Assembly (NCBI GenBank): GCA_963746845.1
Contig: CAVVCZ010000004.1
Span: 1,152,001 to 1,216,000, forward strand
Direction of reading: 5' to 3'
Source: an uncultured Chloroflexia bacterium
GTDB taxonomy: Bacteria; Chloroflexota; Limnocylindria; Limnocylindrales; CSP1-4
Length of the DNA stretch: 64,000 nt
The translations under genes and the position numbers were made by a program. This document shows positions 18,026-27,121 of the stretch, piece by piece. Numbering within the stretch: the first letter of the stretch is position 1; the number at the start of each line of letters is the position of its first letter. Under the pieces are notes generated by a model that was given only the letters and a program-made list of their open reading frames with translations, had not been told where the DNA came from and did not search any database.

Positions 18026-19456
18026 CTACCCGGCCTGGCCTGCCCCGCCTGCCCGGGCCGCGGAGAGCCGATCCAGGATCAACCGCTTCACGCCCTCGAT
18101 CGGGACGCGATCCTGGACCATCGTGTCGCGGTCGCGGATCGTGACCGCGCCGTCCTCGAGCGTGTCGACGTCGACGGTCACGCACCACGGCGTGCCGATC
18201 TCGTCCTGGCGCCGGTACAGCTTGCCGATGGCCGCCGTGTCGTCGTAGACGGCGAGCACGTCCGTCGCGAGGTCCGCGCGCAGCTTGTGGCACAGCTCCA
18301 CGATCTCGGGCCGCTTCTTGAGGAGCGGCAGGACGGCGACCTTGTAGGGTGCCAGCTCCGGATGCAGCCCGAGGACGACCCGCTTCTCGCCCCGGACCTC
18401 CTCCTCGCGGTAGCTGTCGATCAGGAAGGTGAACGCGGCGCGATCCGGCCCGCCGGCCGTCTCGACGATGAACGGGATGAAGTGCTCCTCGGTCGCCGGA
18501 TCGAAGTACTCGAGGCTCTCGCCCGACGCCTCCTGGTGGCGCGACAGGTCGAAGTCACCGCGGTTGTGGATCCCCTCGAGCTCCTTCCAGCCGAACGGGA
18601 AGCGGTACTCGACGTCGACGGCCTTCTTCGCGTAGTGGGCCAGCTCGTCGGGCGCGTGCTCGCGGAAGCGCAGCCGCGCTTCCGTCACGCCGTAGCGGGT
18701 GTACCAGCTCCAGCGGCGCGGCAGCCACTCCTCGAAGATCCGGGCCGCCTCGTCCGGCCGGACGAAGTACTGCATCTCCATCTGCTCGAACTCTCGCATC
18801 CGGAACACGAAGTTGCCGGGGCTGATCTCGTTCCGGAACGACTTCCCGACCTGGGCGATCCCGAACGGCAGCTTCTTGCGCGAGCTCCCCTGGACGTTCT
18901 TGAAGTTCACGTACGAGCCCTGGGCCGTCTCGGGTCGGAGGTAGATGACGGACGACTCGTCCTGGACCGGGCCCATGTACGTCTGGAACATCAGATTGAA
19001 GCGGCGGGGCGGCGAGAGCGGGCCGCCGTCGTTCGGGCAGACGAGCCCGAACCGCTCGATCACGGTCGGGTCGGTCAGGTCGGTCGCGGTCAGGCTCTCG
19101 GCACCGGGCAGCTCGTCGAGACGGTACCGGCGGCGGCATGTCCCGCACTCGACGAGGGGGTCGCTGAAGCTGCCGACGTGGCCGGACGTGACCCAGACCT
19201 GCGGGTGCATGAGGATCCCGGCGTCCAGGCCGACGATGTCCTCGCGCTCCTGGACCATCGCCCGCCACCAGGCGCGCTTGACATTGTTCTTGAGCTCCAC
19301 GCCGAGCGGCCCGTAATCCCAGACGGCGTTGATCCCGCCGTAGATCTCGCTCGATGGGAAGACGAAGCCGCGGCGCTTCGAGAGGGACACGATGGTCTCG
19401 AGGTGGGCGACGGCAGGCGCGACGTCGTCGTTCGATTCGGGGGATGGCGTCGTCAC
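18026..19456 (-). CDS. glyQS: Glycine--tRNA ligase (alpha2 homodimeric type)
   Basis: [54 protein letters not shown]. Confidence 0.96.
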   Translation of the reverse strand: MTTPSPESNDDVAPAVAHLETIVSLSKRRGFVFPSSEIYGGINAVWDYGPLGVELKNNVKRAWWRAMVQEREDIVGLDAGILMHPQVWVTSGHVGSFSDPLVECGTCRRRYRLDELPGAESLTATDLTDPTVIERFGLVCPNDGGPLSPPRRFNLMFQTYMGPVQDESSVIYLRPETAQGSYVNFKNVQGSSRKKLPFGIAQVGKSFRNEISPGNFVFRMREFEQMEMQYFVRPDEAARIFEEWLPRRWSWYTRYGVTEARLRFREHAPDELAHYAKKAVDVEYRFPFGWKELEGIHNRGDFDLSRHQEASGESLEYFDPATEEHFIPFIVETAGGPDRAAFTFLIDSYREEEVRGEKRVVLGLHPELAPYKVAVLPLLKKRPEIVELCHKLRADLATDVLAVYDDTAAIGKLYRRQDEIGTPWCVTVDVDTLEDGAVTIRDRDTMVQDRVPIEGVKRLILDRLSAARAGGAGQAG

Positions 19457-19527
19457 GGGGACTCCGGTGGGCGGCCGGCCTGGAACGGACGGCCGCGGGA
19501 GGAGATCGAAGGGCCGATCGGAGGGCG

Positions 19528-19536
19528 ATCCTAGCA
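19528..19536 (-). promoter_or_regulatory. Extended -10 (TGcTAGGAT) for glyQS
   Basis: Overlaps the dipeptidase stop; ~70 nt upstream of glyQS. Confidence 0.4.
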
Positions 19537-20805
19537 GAGCCCCGCATCGCGGCCGCGCAGAGGGCTGACCCTCGCCCCATCCGTGCCGGCGTGGGTCAAG
19601 CTCGTCCAGGGGCCCGGCGGCAGGGCGTCGCGCAGCAGTCGGATGGCCGACCCGCCCATCACCGCCGCGATCTGCGTCTCGTCCAGCCCCTGTCCGATGA
19701 GCGCCGAGGTCAGCAGTCCCATCCCGGAGGCGTCGAACGGGACCGGGACCGCCCCGTCGAAGTCCGATCCGAGCCCGACATGGTCCGCGCCGATCACCGC
19801 GACCGCGTGGGCGATCGACCGGGCGATCGACTCGACGTCCGTGCCGCCACAGGCGGTCGGCCAGAACCCGATCCCGACCATGCCGCCGGTCGCCGCGATC
19901 CGCCGGAGCTGGTCGTCGGACAGGTTGCGGGCGTTGTCGCAGATCGCGCGGACCCCCGTGTGCGAGGCGACGACCGGACGGGTCGCCAGGGCCAGGACCT
20001 CGTCGATCGTCGCCGCGGAGGCATGCGCGAGGTCGACGATCATCCGGCGGCGCTCCAGCTCGCCGATGAGCTCCCGGCCGGCCGGCGTCAGGCCGCCCTT
20101 GGCGACCCCGTGCGCCGAGCCGGCGAAGCCGTTGTCGAAGAAGTGGGCCAGGCCGACCATCCGGTACCCGGCAGCCTCGAGCCGGTCGAGGTTCTCGACG
20201 TTGCGATCGAGCGCATGGGCGCCCTCGATCGCGAGCAGCCCGCCGACGAGCGTCGGGTCGCCGGCGCGGCGGAGGAGGAACCGGTCGAGGTCGGCCACGG
20301 TCCGGATGAGGGTCAGCTGACCGCCGGAGCCGGCCGCCATCGCCCGGAGCCGCGCCGCGTGGAACTCCGCCCGGGCGAGCAGGCTCCGCCAGCTGGCGAC
20401 GGGCCAGCCCTGGACGAGCGCGACGAGCGTCACATCGTCCGACGCGTCGTCGTTCTCCTCGATGTTCAGGTGGCGCGGGACCTTCGTGGCCATCGCGAAC
20501 ACCTGAAGGGCGACGTTGCCCTCGACCAGGCGGGGAACGTCGACATGACCGCGATCCGCGCGCCGGAGCAGGTCACGGCCCCACAGCAGCGAATCTGCGT
20601 GCAGGTCGACGATCGTCAGCCGCTCGTGGAGATCGGCGACCGCAGGCGTGAGCACGTACGGACCCGGGTCGCCGACCGCGCACAGCCGGCGCTCGGTCCG
20701 CGCGGACAGGCGCTCGCCCACGGATTGCCGGACGATCGCCCCGCCGACCGCAAGCGACGCTCCCGCGACCGTCGCGACGGCAAGGGATCGACGCCGCGGC
20801 CTCAT
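19531..20805 (-). CDS. Membrane dipeptidase (peptidase M19)
   Basis: [33 protein letters not shown]; N-terminal hydrophobic segment. Confidence 0.9.
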   Translation of the reverse strand: MRPRRRSLAVATVAGASLAVGGAIVRQSVGERLSARTERRLCAVGDPGPYVLTPAVADLHERLTIVDLHADSLLWGRDLLRRADRGHVDVPRLVEGNVALQVFAMATKVPRHLNIEENDDASDDVTLVALVQGWPVASWRSLLARAEFHAARLRAMAAGSGGQLTLIRTVADLDRFLLRRAGDPTLVGGLLAIEGAHALDRNVENLDRLEAAGYRMVGLAHFFDNGFAGSAHGVAKGGLTPAGRELIGELERRRMIVDLAHASAATIDEVLALATRPVVASHTGVRAICDNARNLSDDQLRRIAATGGMVGIGFWPTACGGTDVESIARSIAHAVAVIGADHVGLGSDFDGAVPVPFDASGMGLLTSALIGQGLDETQIAAVMGGSAIRLLRDALPPGPWTSLTHAGTDGARVSPLRGRDAGLC

Positions 20806-23000
20806 TCCGTCGGGGCGTGGGTGCTGAAGACCTGGTCCTGGAACTCCCGGCGCGCCGAACGCGGCGCCCGCGGCGACGCGTCGCCGTCAGACCCGTCGTC
20901 CTCGCCCTCGTCGACGTCGTCGAGCCCGCCGACCCCGCCCAGGTCCGTCAGACCGTCGACCGATGCGCCGGTGTAGGCCGCCGCCTGGAGGGTGAACAAC
21001 CGGGCATACCGCCCGCCGAGCGCCATCAGCTCGTCGTGGGTGCCCTCCTCGACGAGCGCACCGTGCTCGAGGAACAGGATCCGGTCCGCCTGGCGGACGG
21101 TCGAGAAGCGATGGGAGATGTAGATCGCCGTCCGGCCTGCGGCGAGGCGCCGCAGCCGGGCGAACAGCTCGAACTCGGCCTGGGCGTCGAGCGCGGACGT
21201 CGGCTCGTCGAGGACGAGGATCCGGGCGTCGCGCATGAACGCGCGACCCAGGGCGATCTTCTGCCATTCCCCGCCGGACAGCTCCACGCCGCCGTCGAAC
21301 CACTTCCCGAGCGGGGTGTCCCAGCCATCGGGCAGCCGTCCGAGCAGGCTGTCCGCGCCGCCCTTCCGGGCGGCCTCCTCGACCGCCTCGCGATCCTCGA
21401 TCCGGCCGAGCTCGCCGAGCCCGATGTTCTCGGCCGCCGTCGCCTGGTACGTCACGTAGTCCTGGAATATGCCGCCGATCAGCCGCCGGACCGCGGCCGG
21501 GTCCAGGTCGCGCAGGTTCGTGCCGTCGAGGAGGATCCGGCCCTCCGTCGGGTCGTACAGACGGCACAGGAGCTTGATCAGGGTCGACTTCCCGGCGCCG
21601 TTCCGGCCGACGACCGCGACCGTCTCGCCCGGGGCGATCCGGAGGCTCACGTCGTGGAGGGCCTCCCGCCCGGAGCCCGGGTAGGCGAACGAGACGCCCT
21701 CGAAGACGACCTCGCCGGCACCCTCGAGGTCGGCCGCGCGCTCGGTCGCGGCGGCCGATGCCGGCGCCGCCGCCGCGCCCGCCACGCCGCTCCGCTCGAT
21801 CCCGTACGGCGTCGCCAGGAGGTCGAACAGGTCGTTCATGTAGAGCTGGTTCTCGTACATCGAGCCGAACCCGGACAGGATCCCCTGGACGGACGACTGG
21901 ACAGACGACGCGGCCTGCGTGTAGAGCGTCAGGTCGCCCAGCGTCAGCTTGCCGGCGATCGCCTGGAGGGCGACATAGAGATACGTCAGCGAGCCGGCGA
22001 GGGTCGTGATCGTGCTCCAGATGAAGCCGACGAAGTAGCGGCTGACGACGATCCGCCGCTGGCGATCCTGGTAGATCGTCGCGAGCTGGCGGAAGCGGTC
22101 GATGAAGTACGGCCCGAGCCCGAAGAGCTTGACCTCCTTCGCGTAGGAGTCCGTCGTGACCAGCGTCGTCAGGTAGTCCATCCGGCGCCGGATCGGCGAC
22201 GCCCAGCGGGCGAAGCTGTAGCCGCGCCACCCGTAGCGCGTGTCCGCGATGAACGCGGGGACCGGCGCGAGGAGGGCGACGAGGGCGAGGATCGGGCTGA
22301 GCCGGACCAGCAGGAAGATCATCGACCCGAACACGATGATCGTCTGGATCAGCCCGAACACGCCGCTGACCATGAACAGCGGCCGGGACGAGGCGCCCTG
22401 CTGGGCGCGACGGAGGAGGTCGTAGGAGGTCGAGTCCTCGAAGAACGCGAGGTCCAGACGGGCGGCGTGATCCATGATCTGGAGCTGGATCGTGTTCGTC
22501 ACCCGCTCCTGGAGGAGCTGCTGGCAGACGTTCCGGAGCGTGCTCAGGAACGACGAGGCCGCGTAGACGAGGAACTGGACGATCGCGAGCAGGACGACCG
22601 CCCCGACGGCATCGACCGTCCACGGCCCGATCTGGACGGTGCCCGGCAGCGACGGGTTCGCCTGGGCCTGGATCGCCCCGACGACGGCATCGATCAGGAG
22701 CTTGGACACGACCGCGGTGACCGCGGGGATCAGGCCGGCGAGGATCGTCGCCGTGGCCAGTCCGATCGTCAGGATCCGGCTCGCCGCCCAGACGAGCCCG
22801 AGGACGCGAGGCACGGCGCCCGCGGTCGCCCGGATCGCCTTCCGGGCGGACGCGAGCCGGCCTCGCAGGTCGGTCGGGCCCTCGTTCGGCGGATCGGGGA
22901 TGTCCGGCGACCCGCTCAGTCCGCTCTCGCGGCCCTGGGAGCCCTGCCACGTGCTGCGGCGGATGGCGCCGCCGCGCGGGATGACCGGCGGGCCGCTCAG
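20802..23000 (-). CDS. ABC exporter, fused permease/ATPase
   Basis: TM domain, Walker A GRNGAGKS, LSGGEWQ, LDEPT. First canonical start is GTG 22814, but the frame is open to a CTG at 23000 overlapping the upstream TGA; start uncertain. Confidence 0.88.
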   Translation of the reverse strand: MSGPPVIPRGGAIRRSTWQGSQGRESGLSGSPDIPDPPNEGPTDLRGRLASARKAIRATAGAVPRVLGLVWAASRILTIGLATATILAGLIPAVTAVVSKLLIDAVVGAIQAQANPSLPGTVQIGPWTVDAVGAVVLLAIVQFLVYAASSFLSTLRNVCQQLLQERVTNTIQLQIMDHAARLDLAFFEDSTSYDLLRRAQQGASSRPLFMVSGVFGLIQTIIVFGSMIFLLVRLSPILALVALLAPVPAFIADTRYGWRGYSFARWASPIRRRMDYLTTLVTTDSYAKEVKLFGLGPYFIDRFRQLATIYQDRQRRIVVSRYFVGFIWSTITTLAGSLTYLYVALQAIAGKLTLGDLTLYTQAASSVQSSVQGILSGFGSMYENQLYMNDLFDLLATPYGIERSGVAGAAAAPASAAATERAADLEGAGEVVFEGVSFAYPGSGREALHDVSLRIAPGETVAVVGRNGAGKSTLIKLLCRLYDPTEGRILLDGTNLRDLDPAAVRRLIGGIFQDYVTYQATAAENIGLGELGRIEDREAVEEAARKGGADSLLGRLPDGWDTPLGKWFDGGVELSGGEWQKIALGRAFMRDARILVLDEPTSALDAQAEFELFARLRRLAAGRTAIYISHRFSTVRQADRILFLEHGALVEEGTHDELMALGGRYARLFTLQAAAYTGASVDGLTDLGGVGGLDDVDEGEDDGSDGDASPRAPRSARREFQDQVFSTHAPTE

Positions 23001-23524
23001 CCGTGGCCCCCGATCGGAACGGCCCGGGCGGGGTCGGTCGCACGCCGAAGGTCGAGGGCGAGGAGGTCCTCACCCCACATGACCCTGCCGGTGTGCTCGA
23101 AGCCGTAGCGAAGGTAGAACGGCTGCGGCGAGCCATCGCCCGCCTTGCAGCTCGTGAGGAGGGCGTCGGCGTTCGGCCGCGTCCGGAGGTAGTCCACGAC
23201 CGCATCGATCGTTGCGGCGCCGTAGCCGCGACCCTGGAACCGGTGGTCGACCAGCAGGCGCCACAGGAAGTACGGCCCGACGATCGTGTCGTCCGCGTCG
23301 AGAGACTCCTGTGGGATGTTGTCGCTGATCATCACGAACCCGACGAGCCCGTCGCCGTCGTGGACGGACCACATCCGGGGGCAGGCGATCGCGTCGGCGA
23401 TCGCGTCCTCGAAATGGCTGATCATCGAGCCGAGGTAGCGCTCCTGGCCGGGTCCGCGGCGGAGACCCATGACGGCCTCGACGTCGTCCTCGGTGACGAT
23501 GTCGCGGAGCTGGACGGCCGGCAT
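22997..23524 (-). CDS. GNAT family N-acetyltransferase
   Basis: TGATG overlap with recO; VGFVM, LWRLLVDHRFQGRGYG, FYLRYGF. Confidence 0.88.
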   Translation of the reverse strand: MPAVQLRDIVTEDDVEAVMGLRRGPGQERYLGSMISHFEDAIADAIACPRMWSVHDGDGLVGFVMISDNIPQESLDADDTIVGPYFLWRLLVDHRFQGRGYGAATIDAVVDYLRTRPNADALLTSCKAGDGSPQPFYLRYGFEHTGRVMWGEDLLALDLRRATDPARAVPIGGHG

Positions 23525-24318
23525 CAGCGAAGCGGCGCCGTGGCCAGCCGCTCGACGGGCGCGTGGCGGACCTCGTCGAGGAAGGCGAGGGATCGCGCGT
23601 CCCGCTCCAGCACGTGGCGGAGGAACTCGCGCATCGCGGACTCGACCTCGCGCTCCGTGGCGATGCCGAGCCGGAGCCCGGCGAGGGCCTCCACATCCTG
23701 GCGCTGGTACGCCTTCAGCAGCTTCAGCGCGTCGAGGCTGAGCGCCGTCCGATCGTGCGGCGGGCCCGGGCACCGGTCGCACAGGACGCCGCCGAGCGGC
23801 GGGACCCAGCGGTAGCGGGCGTCGACCTCGAGGACGCGGTCGCACTCGACGCAGCGGTCCACCTCGGGGCGGACGCCGAGCTCGTCGGCGAGGTGCATCT
23901 CGTACCACCGGGCGACGCGGTTCGGGGCCATCCCCGCGTCGAGCAGCTCGTAGCCGCGCTTCAGGAGCGAGTAGACCGGCTCTGCCGCGTGACGCTCCTC
24001 GAGCGAGCGGTCCGCGAGCTCCGCCAGATACCAGGCCGTGGCCGCGCTCTCCAGCGAGTCGCGGAGGTTCAGCCAGGCGTGGCTGACGCTGACCTGGGTC
24101 ACGACATCGAAGGTCCGGCCGCGGGCGAGGAGGACGATCAGCTCGGCGAACGGCTCGAGACTGCCCCCGATCCGGGAGGTCGGCCGGCGGATCCCCTTCG
24201 CGATCGCCTTCAGCTTGCCGCCGGTGGGCGTGATCAGCGTCAGGATCCGGTCCGCCTCGCCGTAGTCGAACCGCGAGAGGACGATCGCATCGGTCGAATA
24301 TCGGCGCGGGATCGGCAC
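23524..24318 (-). CDS. recO: DNA repair protein RecO
   Basis: AIVLSRFDYGEADRILTL, AKGIRR, LEPF, Zn finger CVEC...CDRC; GTG at 24318. Confidence 0.95.
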   Translation of the reverse strand: MPIPRRYSTDAIVLSRFDYGEADRILTLITPTGGKLKAIAKGIRRPTSRIGGSLEPFAELIVLLARGRTFDVVTQVSVSHAWLNLRDSLESAATAWYLAELADRSLEERHAAEPVYSLLKRGYELLDAGMAPNRVARWYEMHLADELGVRPEVDRCVECDRVLEVDARYRWVPPLGGVLCDRCPGPPHDRTALSLDALKLLKAYQRQDVEALAGLRLGIATEREVESAMREFLRHVLERDARSLAFLDEVRHAPVERLATAPLR

Positions 24319-24384
24319 GAATCGAACCGTAGCACCTCCGCCCGGGGCGGTCGTGCGGCGGTCCGCGCCGTCCCCACCACTTCC

Positions 24385-24548
24385 CCGTTTCAGGTTCTGC
24401 ACGCTGCGTCGCCGGGGAAAGCCCGCGACGGCGCCGGCCACCCCGGCTGACGACGTTCGTTGCGCCTCACGCGATGCTCGGCGGCCTGGCCGACGCTCCG
24501 GACCCTTCCCCCGCCGCCAGCCGACACAGCGTGCAGGTCCTGCAATGG
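24385..24548. ncRNA. Candidate structured non-coding RNA (long imperfect hairpin, 6S-like size)
   Basis: 24385-24411 pairs with 24522-24548; nested stems 24414-19/24506-11, 24430-40/24487-97, 24458-64/24470-76; lies in a 414-nt divergent intergenic region. Confidence 0.4.
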
Positions 24549-24624
24549 CCGCCGTTCGGCGTCGCCTGCCCCGCACCTCGATCCCCACCTGATCCGTTCG
24601 CCGAGCAGCGACGTACCAGCGGTC

Positions 24625-24664
24625 AGACGCCGGTGCGGTCGCGTCCCCCGAACCGGCGTCTTTT
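24625..24664 (+). terminator. Intrinsic terminator-like hairpin
   Basis: AGACGCCGGT / ACCGGCGTCT 10-bp stem ending in a short T run. Confidence 0.55.
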
Positions 24665-24732
24665 CGTGCCCGGTCGCAACCCGCTACCTCTGGCTCGCAC
24701 GTTTGTCGGAATCCCGCTACCATGGCCGCGCG

Positions 24733-25758
24733 ATGACCACCGCCCAGCCGGTCCTCGAGGCCGCCGCCCTGATCGCCGACACCGAGGAGGAGATCCTCCG
24801 GCTGGTCGGCGATCACGACACGTCGACGGCCGGCGTGTACGAGATGATCCGCTACCACCTTGGGCTGGACGGCTCCGGCGCCGCGACCGGGAAGCGGATG
24901 CGGCCCCTGCTCGGCCTCCTCGCCTACGCCTCGATCGCGGGCGACTACCGGCCGGCCCTGCCCGGCGCGGCCGCGGTCGAGCTCGGCCACAACTTCAGCC
25001 TCGTCCACGACGACATCGAGGACGGCGACCGGGAGCGTCGCCACCGGCCGACCGTCTGGGCGCTCCACGGCGTGGCCCAGGCGATCAACACCGGCGACAT
25101 GCTGTTCAGCCTCAGCCGGATGGCCCTCCATCGCCTGACCGACCTCGGCTTCAGCGACGCGAAGGTCCTCCGCCTGATGCGCCTGTACGACCAGACCTGC
25201 GTCGCGCTGTGCGAGGGCCAGTACATCGACATCGCGACGAGCGAGGCCGACGACGTGATGTCGGTCGACCTGTACTTCGACATGATCGGCCGGAAGACGG
25301 CGGCCCTGATCGCGGCGTCGATCGAGGCGGGTGCTCTGCTCGCGACCGACGACGACGAGGTGATCGCGCGCTACCGGGCGTTCGGGTGGGCGCTCGGGCT
25401 GGCGTTCCAGCTGAACGACGACCTGCTCGGGATCTGGGGCGCCGAGCACGCGACCGGCAAGAAGGCGTCCGACATCGCCCGGCGCAAGAAGACCCTGCCG
25501 GTCATCTACGCCTTCGAGCACGCGGGTCCCGAGGACCGGGAGAGGCTCGCGCGGCTGTACGGGAACGGCGGACCGACGGCCGACAACGTCGACGAGATCG
25601 TGGGCATCCTCGAGCGCAGCGGGGCCCGGACGTACACGCGGGATCAGGCCCGGCGCCACCGGGACGAGGCGCTCGCGGAGCTCGATGCCGCCGGCGTCGT
25701 GGACGCGGAGGCACGGGCCCGCCTCGAGGAGATCATCGTGTCGGTGATCGCCGCCTGA
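24733..25758 (+). CDS. Polyprenyl diphosphate synthase (GGPP synthase-like)
   Basis: GKRMRP, FARM LVHDDIEDGD, RR, GQ, KT, SARM FQLNDDLLG. Confidence 0.93.
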   Translation: MTTAQPVLEAAALIADTEEEILRLVGDHDTSTAGVYEMIRYHLGLDGSGAATGKRMRPLLGLLAYASIAGDYRPALPGAAAVELGHNFSLVHDDIEDGDRERRHRPTVWALHGVAQAINTGDMLFSLSRMALHRLTDLGFSDAKVLRLMRLYDQTCVALCEGQYIDIATSEADDVMSVDLYFDMIGRKTAALIAASIEAGALLATDDDEVIARYRAFGWALGLAFQLNDDLLGIWGAEHATGKKASDIARRKKTLPVIYAFEHAGPEDRERLARLYGNGGPTADNVDEIVGILERSGARTYTRDQARRHRDEALAELDAAGVVDAEARARLEEIIVSVIAA

Positions 25759-25789
25759 CGTCTCCCGCGCGCGGCCGCGGCCCTCGAAC

Positions 25790-27121
25790 CTAGCGGTCGC
25801 CGTCCTCGTCGGGGCGCAGCTCGTCGTCGTCCTCGGACGGGCGGCGCACGACGAGCACCTTCGACACGCGCCGGCCGTCCGTCGACTCGACCGTCAGGTG
25901 GAGCCCGTCCACGTCGACCTCGTCGCCCGGTGACGGAATCCCGCCGATCCGGTGGTAGATCAGGCCGCCGACCGTGTCGTACTCGTCCTCGTCCTCGAGG
26001 CCGAGGTCGATGTCGAACAGCTCCGCGAGGTCGTCGATGTCGGCCCGGCCGTCGATCCGTGCCTCGTCGTCGGAGAGGCGGACGACCATGGGCTCCTCGG
26101 TGTCGTACTCGTCCTGGATCTCGCCGACGATCTCCTCGAGCAGGTCCTCGATCGTGACCAGGCCCGCGGTCCCGCCGTACTCGTCGAGCACGATCGCGAT
26201 GTGGACCTTGCGCCGCTGGAACTCATGGAGCAGGTCGTCGATCGTCATCGACTCCGGCACGAAGACCGGCGTCCGGAGCAGCGAGCGAATCGTCGGGCGC
26301 GGCCCGGAGCCCGCCTTGAGGAACGGCAGCAGGTCCTTGGCGTAGAGGATCCCGACGACCTCGTCGATCGACTCCTCGTACACCGGCACGCGGCTGTGGC
26401 CCTCGTCGACGACCTTGTCGATCGCGTCCTCGAGGGTCGCCGAGGCCGGCAGCCCGACGATCGCGATCCGCGGGATCATCACCTCATGCAGGCGGCGCTC
26501 GCCGAGCTCGATGACCGCGTTGATCATCTGCTCCTCCTCCGCCTCGAGAATCCCCTGCTCGCCACCCCGCTCGACGATCAGCCGGAGCTCCTCCGCGCTG
26601 ATCTGGGCCTCGTTCGTCACGTTTGCCCCGAACAGCCCGGCGATCGCTCGCGTGGCGCCCGTCAGGAGCGCGATCAGCGGCCCGAGCGCCCGCGCGAGGA
26701 AGTCGATCGGGAGCGACAGGGTCAGCGCGAACCGCTCCGGGTTCGACAGGGCGAGCGTCTTCGGCACGAGCTCCGCGAAGATGATCGTGAAGAGCGCCAG
26801 GGTCACCGTCACGATGATCAGGGCCACCCCATCGGCGGCGCCGCCCAAGCCGAGCTCCCGCAGGAACTCGGCGAGGTGGGTCGAGAGGTTGACGGCCGCG
26901 AAGGCCGACGCGAAGAAGCCGATGACCGTGAGCCCGAGCTGGGACACCGCCAGGAACCGGCCCGGGTCCGCCTGGAGCCGCCGGACGCGGCGGGCTCCGG
27001 CCCGACCCTCCTCGGCCAGCTGGTCGACCCGGCTCCGCCGGAGCGACACGAGCGCGATCTCGGCGGCGACGAAGAACCCCTCGAGCAGCGTCAGCAGGAC
27101 GATGACCAGGAGATCGAGCAC
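25790..27121 (-). CDS. Hemolysin/CNNM-family protein (DUF21-CBS-CorC)
   Basis: FFVAAEIAL, ELVPK, HSRVPV, DEYGGTAGLVTIEDLLEEIVGEI, TVGG. Confidence 0.92.
   Translation of the reverse strand: MLDLLVIVLLTLLEGFFVAAEIALVSLRRSRVDQLAEEGRAGARRVRRLQADPGRFLAVSQLGLTVIGFFASAFAAVNLSTHLAEFLRELGLGGAADGVALIIVTVTLALFTIIFAELVPKTLALSNPERFALTLSLPIDFLARALGPLIALLTGATRAIAGLFGANVTNEAQISAEELRLIVERGGEQGILEAEEEQMINAVIELGERRLHEVMIPRIAIVGLPASATLEDAIDKVVDEGHSRVPVYEESIDEVVGILYAKDLLPFLKAGSGPRPTIRSLLRTPVFVPESMTIDDLLHEFQRRKVHIAIVLDEYGGTAGLVTIEDLLEEIVGEIQDEYDTEEPMVVRLSDDEARIDGRADIDDLAELFDIDLGLEDEDEYDTVGGLIYHRIGGIPSPGDEVDVDGLHLTVESTDGRRVSKVLVVRRPSEDDDELRPDEDGDR

Noticed and set aside
19457-19530. T-box riboswitch upstream of glyQS
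   Set aside because: Leader is ~70 nt with no GGTGGNACCGCG T-box sequence or terminator
24411-24430. RNase P RNA (GGGGAAAGCCCG resembles GAGGAAAGUCC)
   Set aside because: Imperfect match, and the complementary 3' conserved segment is not found downstream
24704-24723. PafBC-type promoter (TGTCGG...TANNNT)
   Set aside because: Spacer is 8 nt rather than the 10 nt of the described motif, and it faces away from recO
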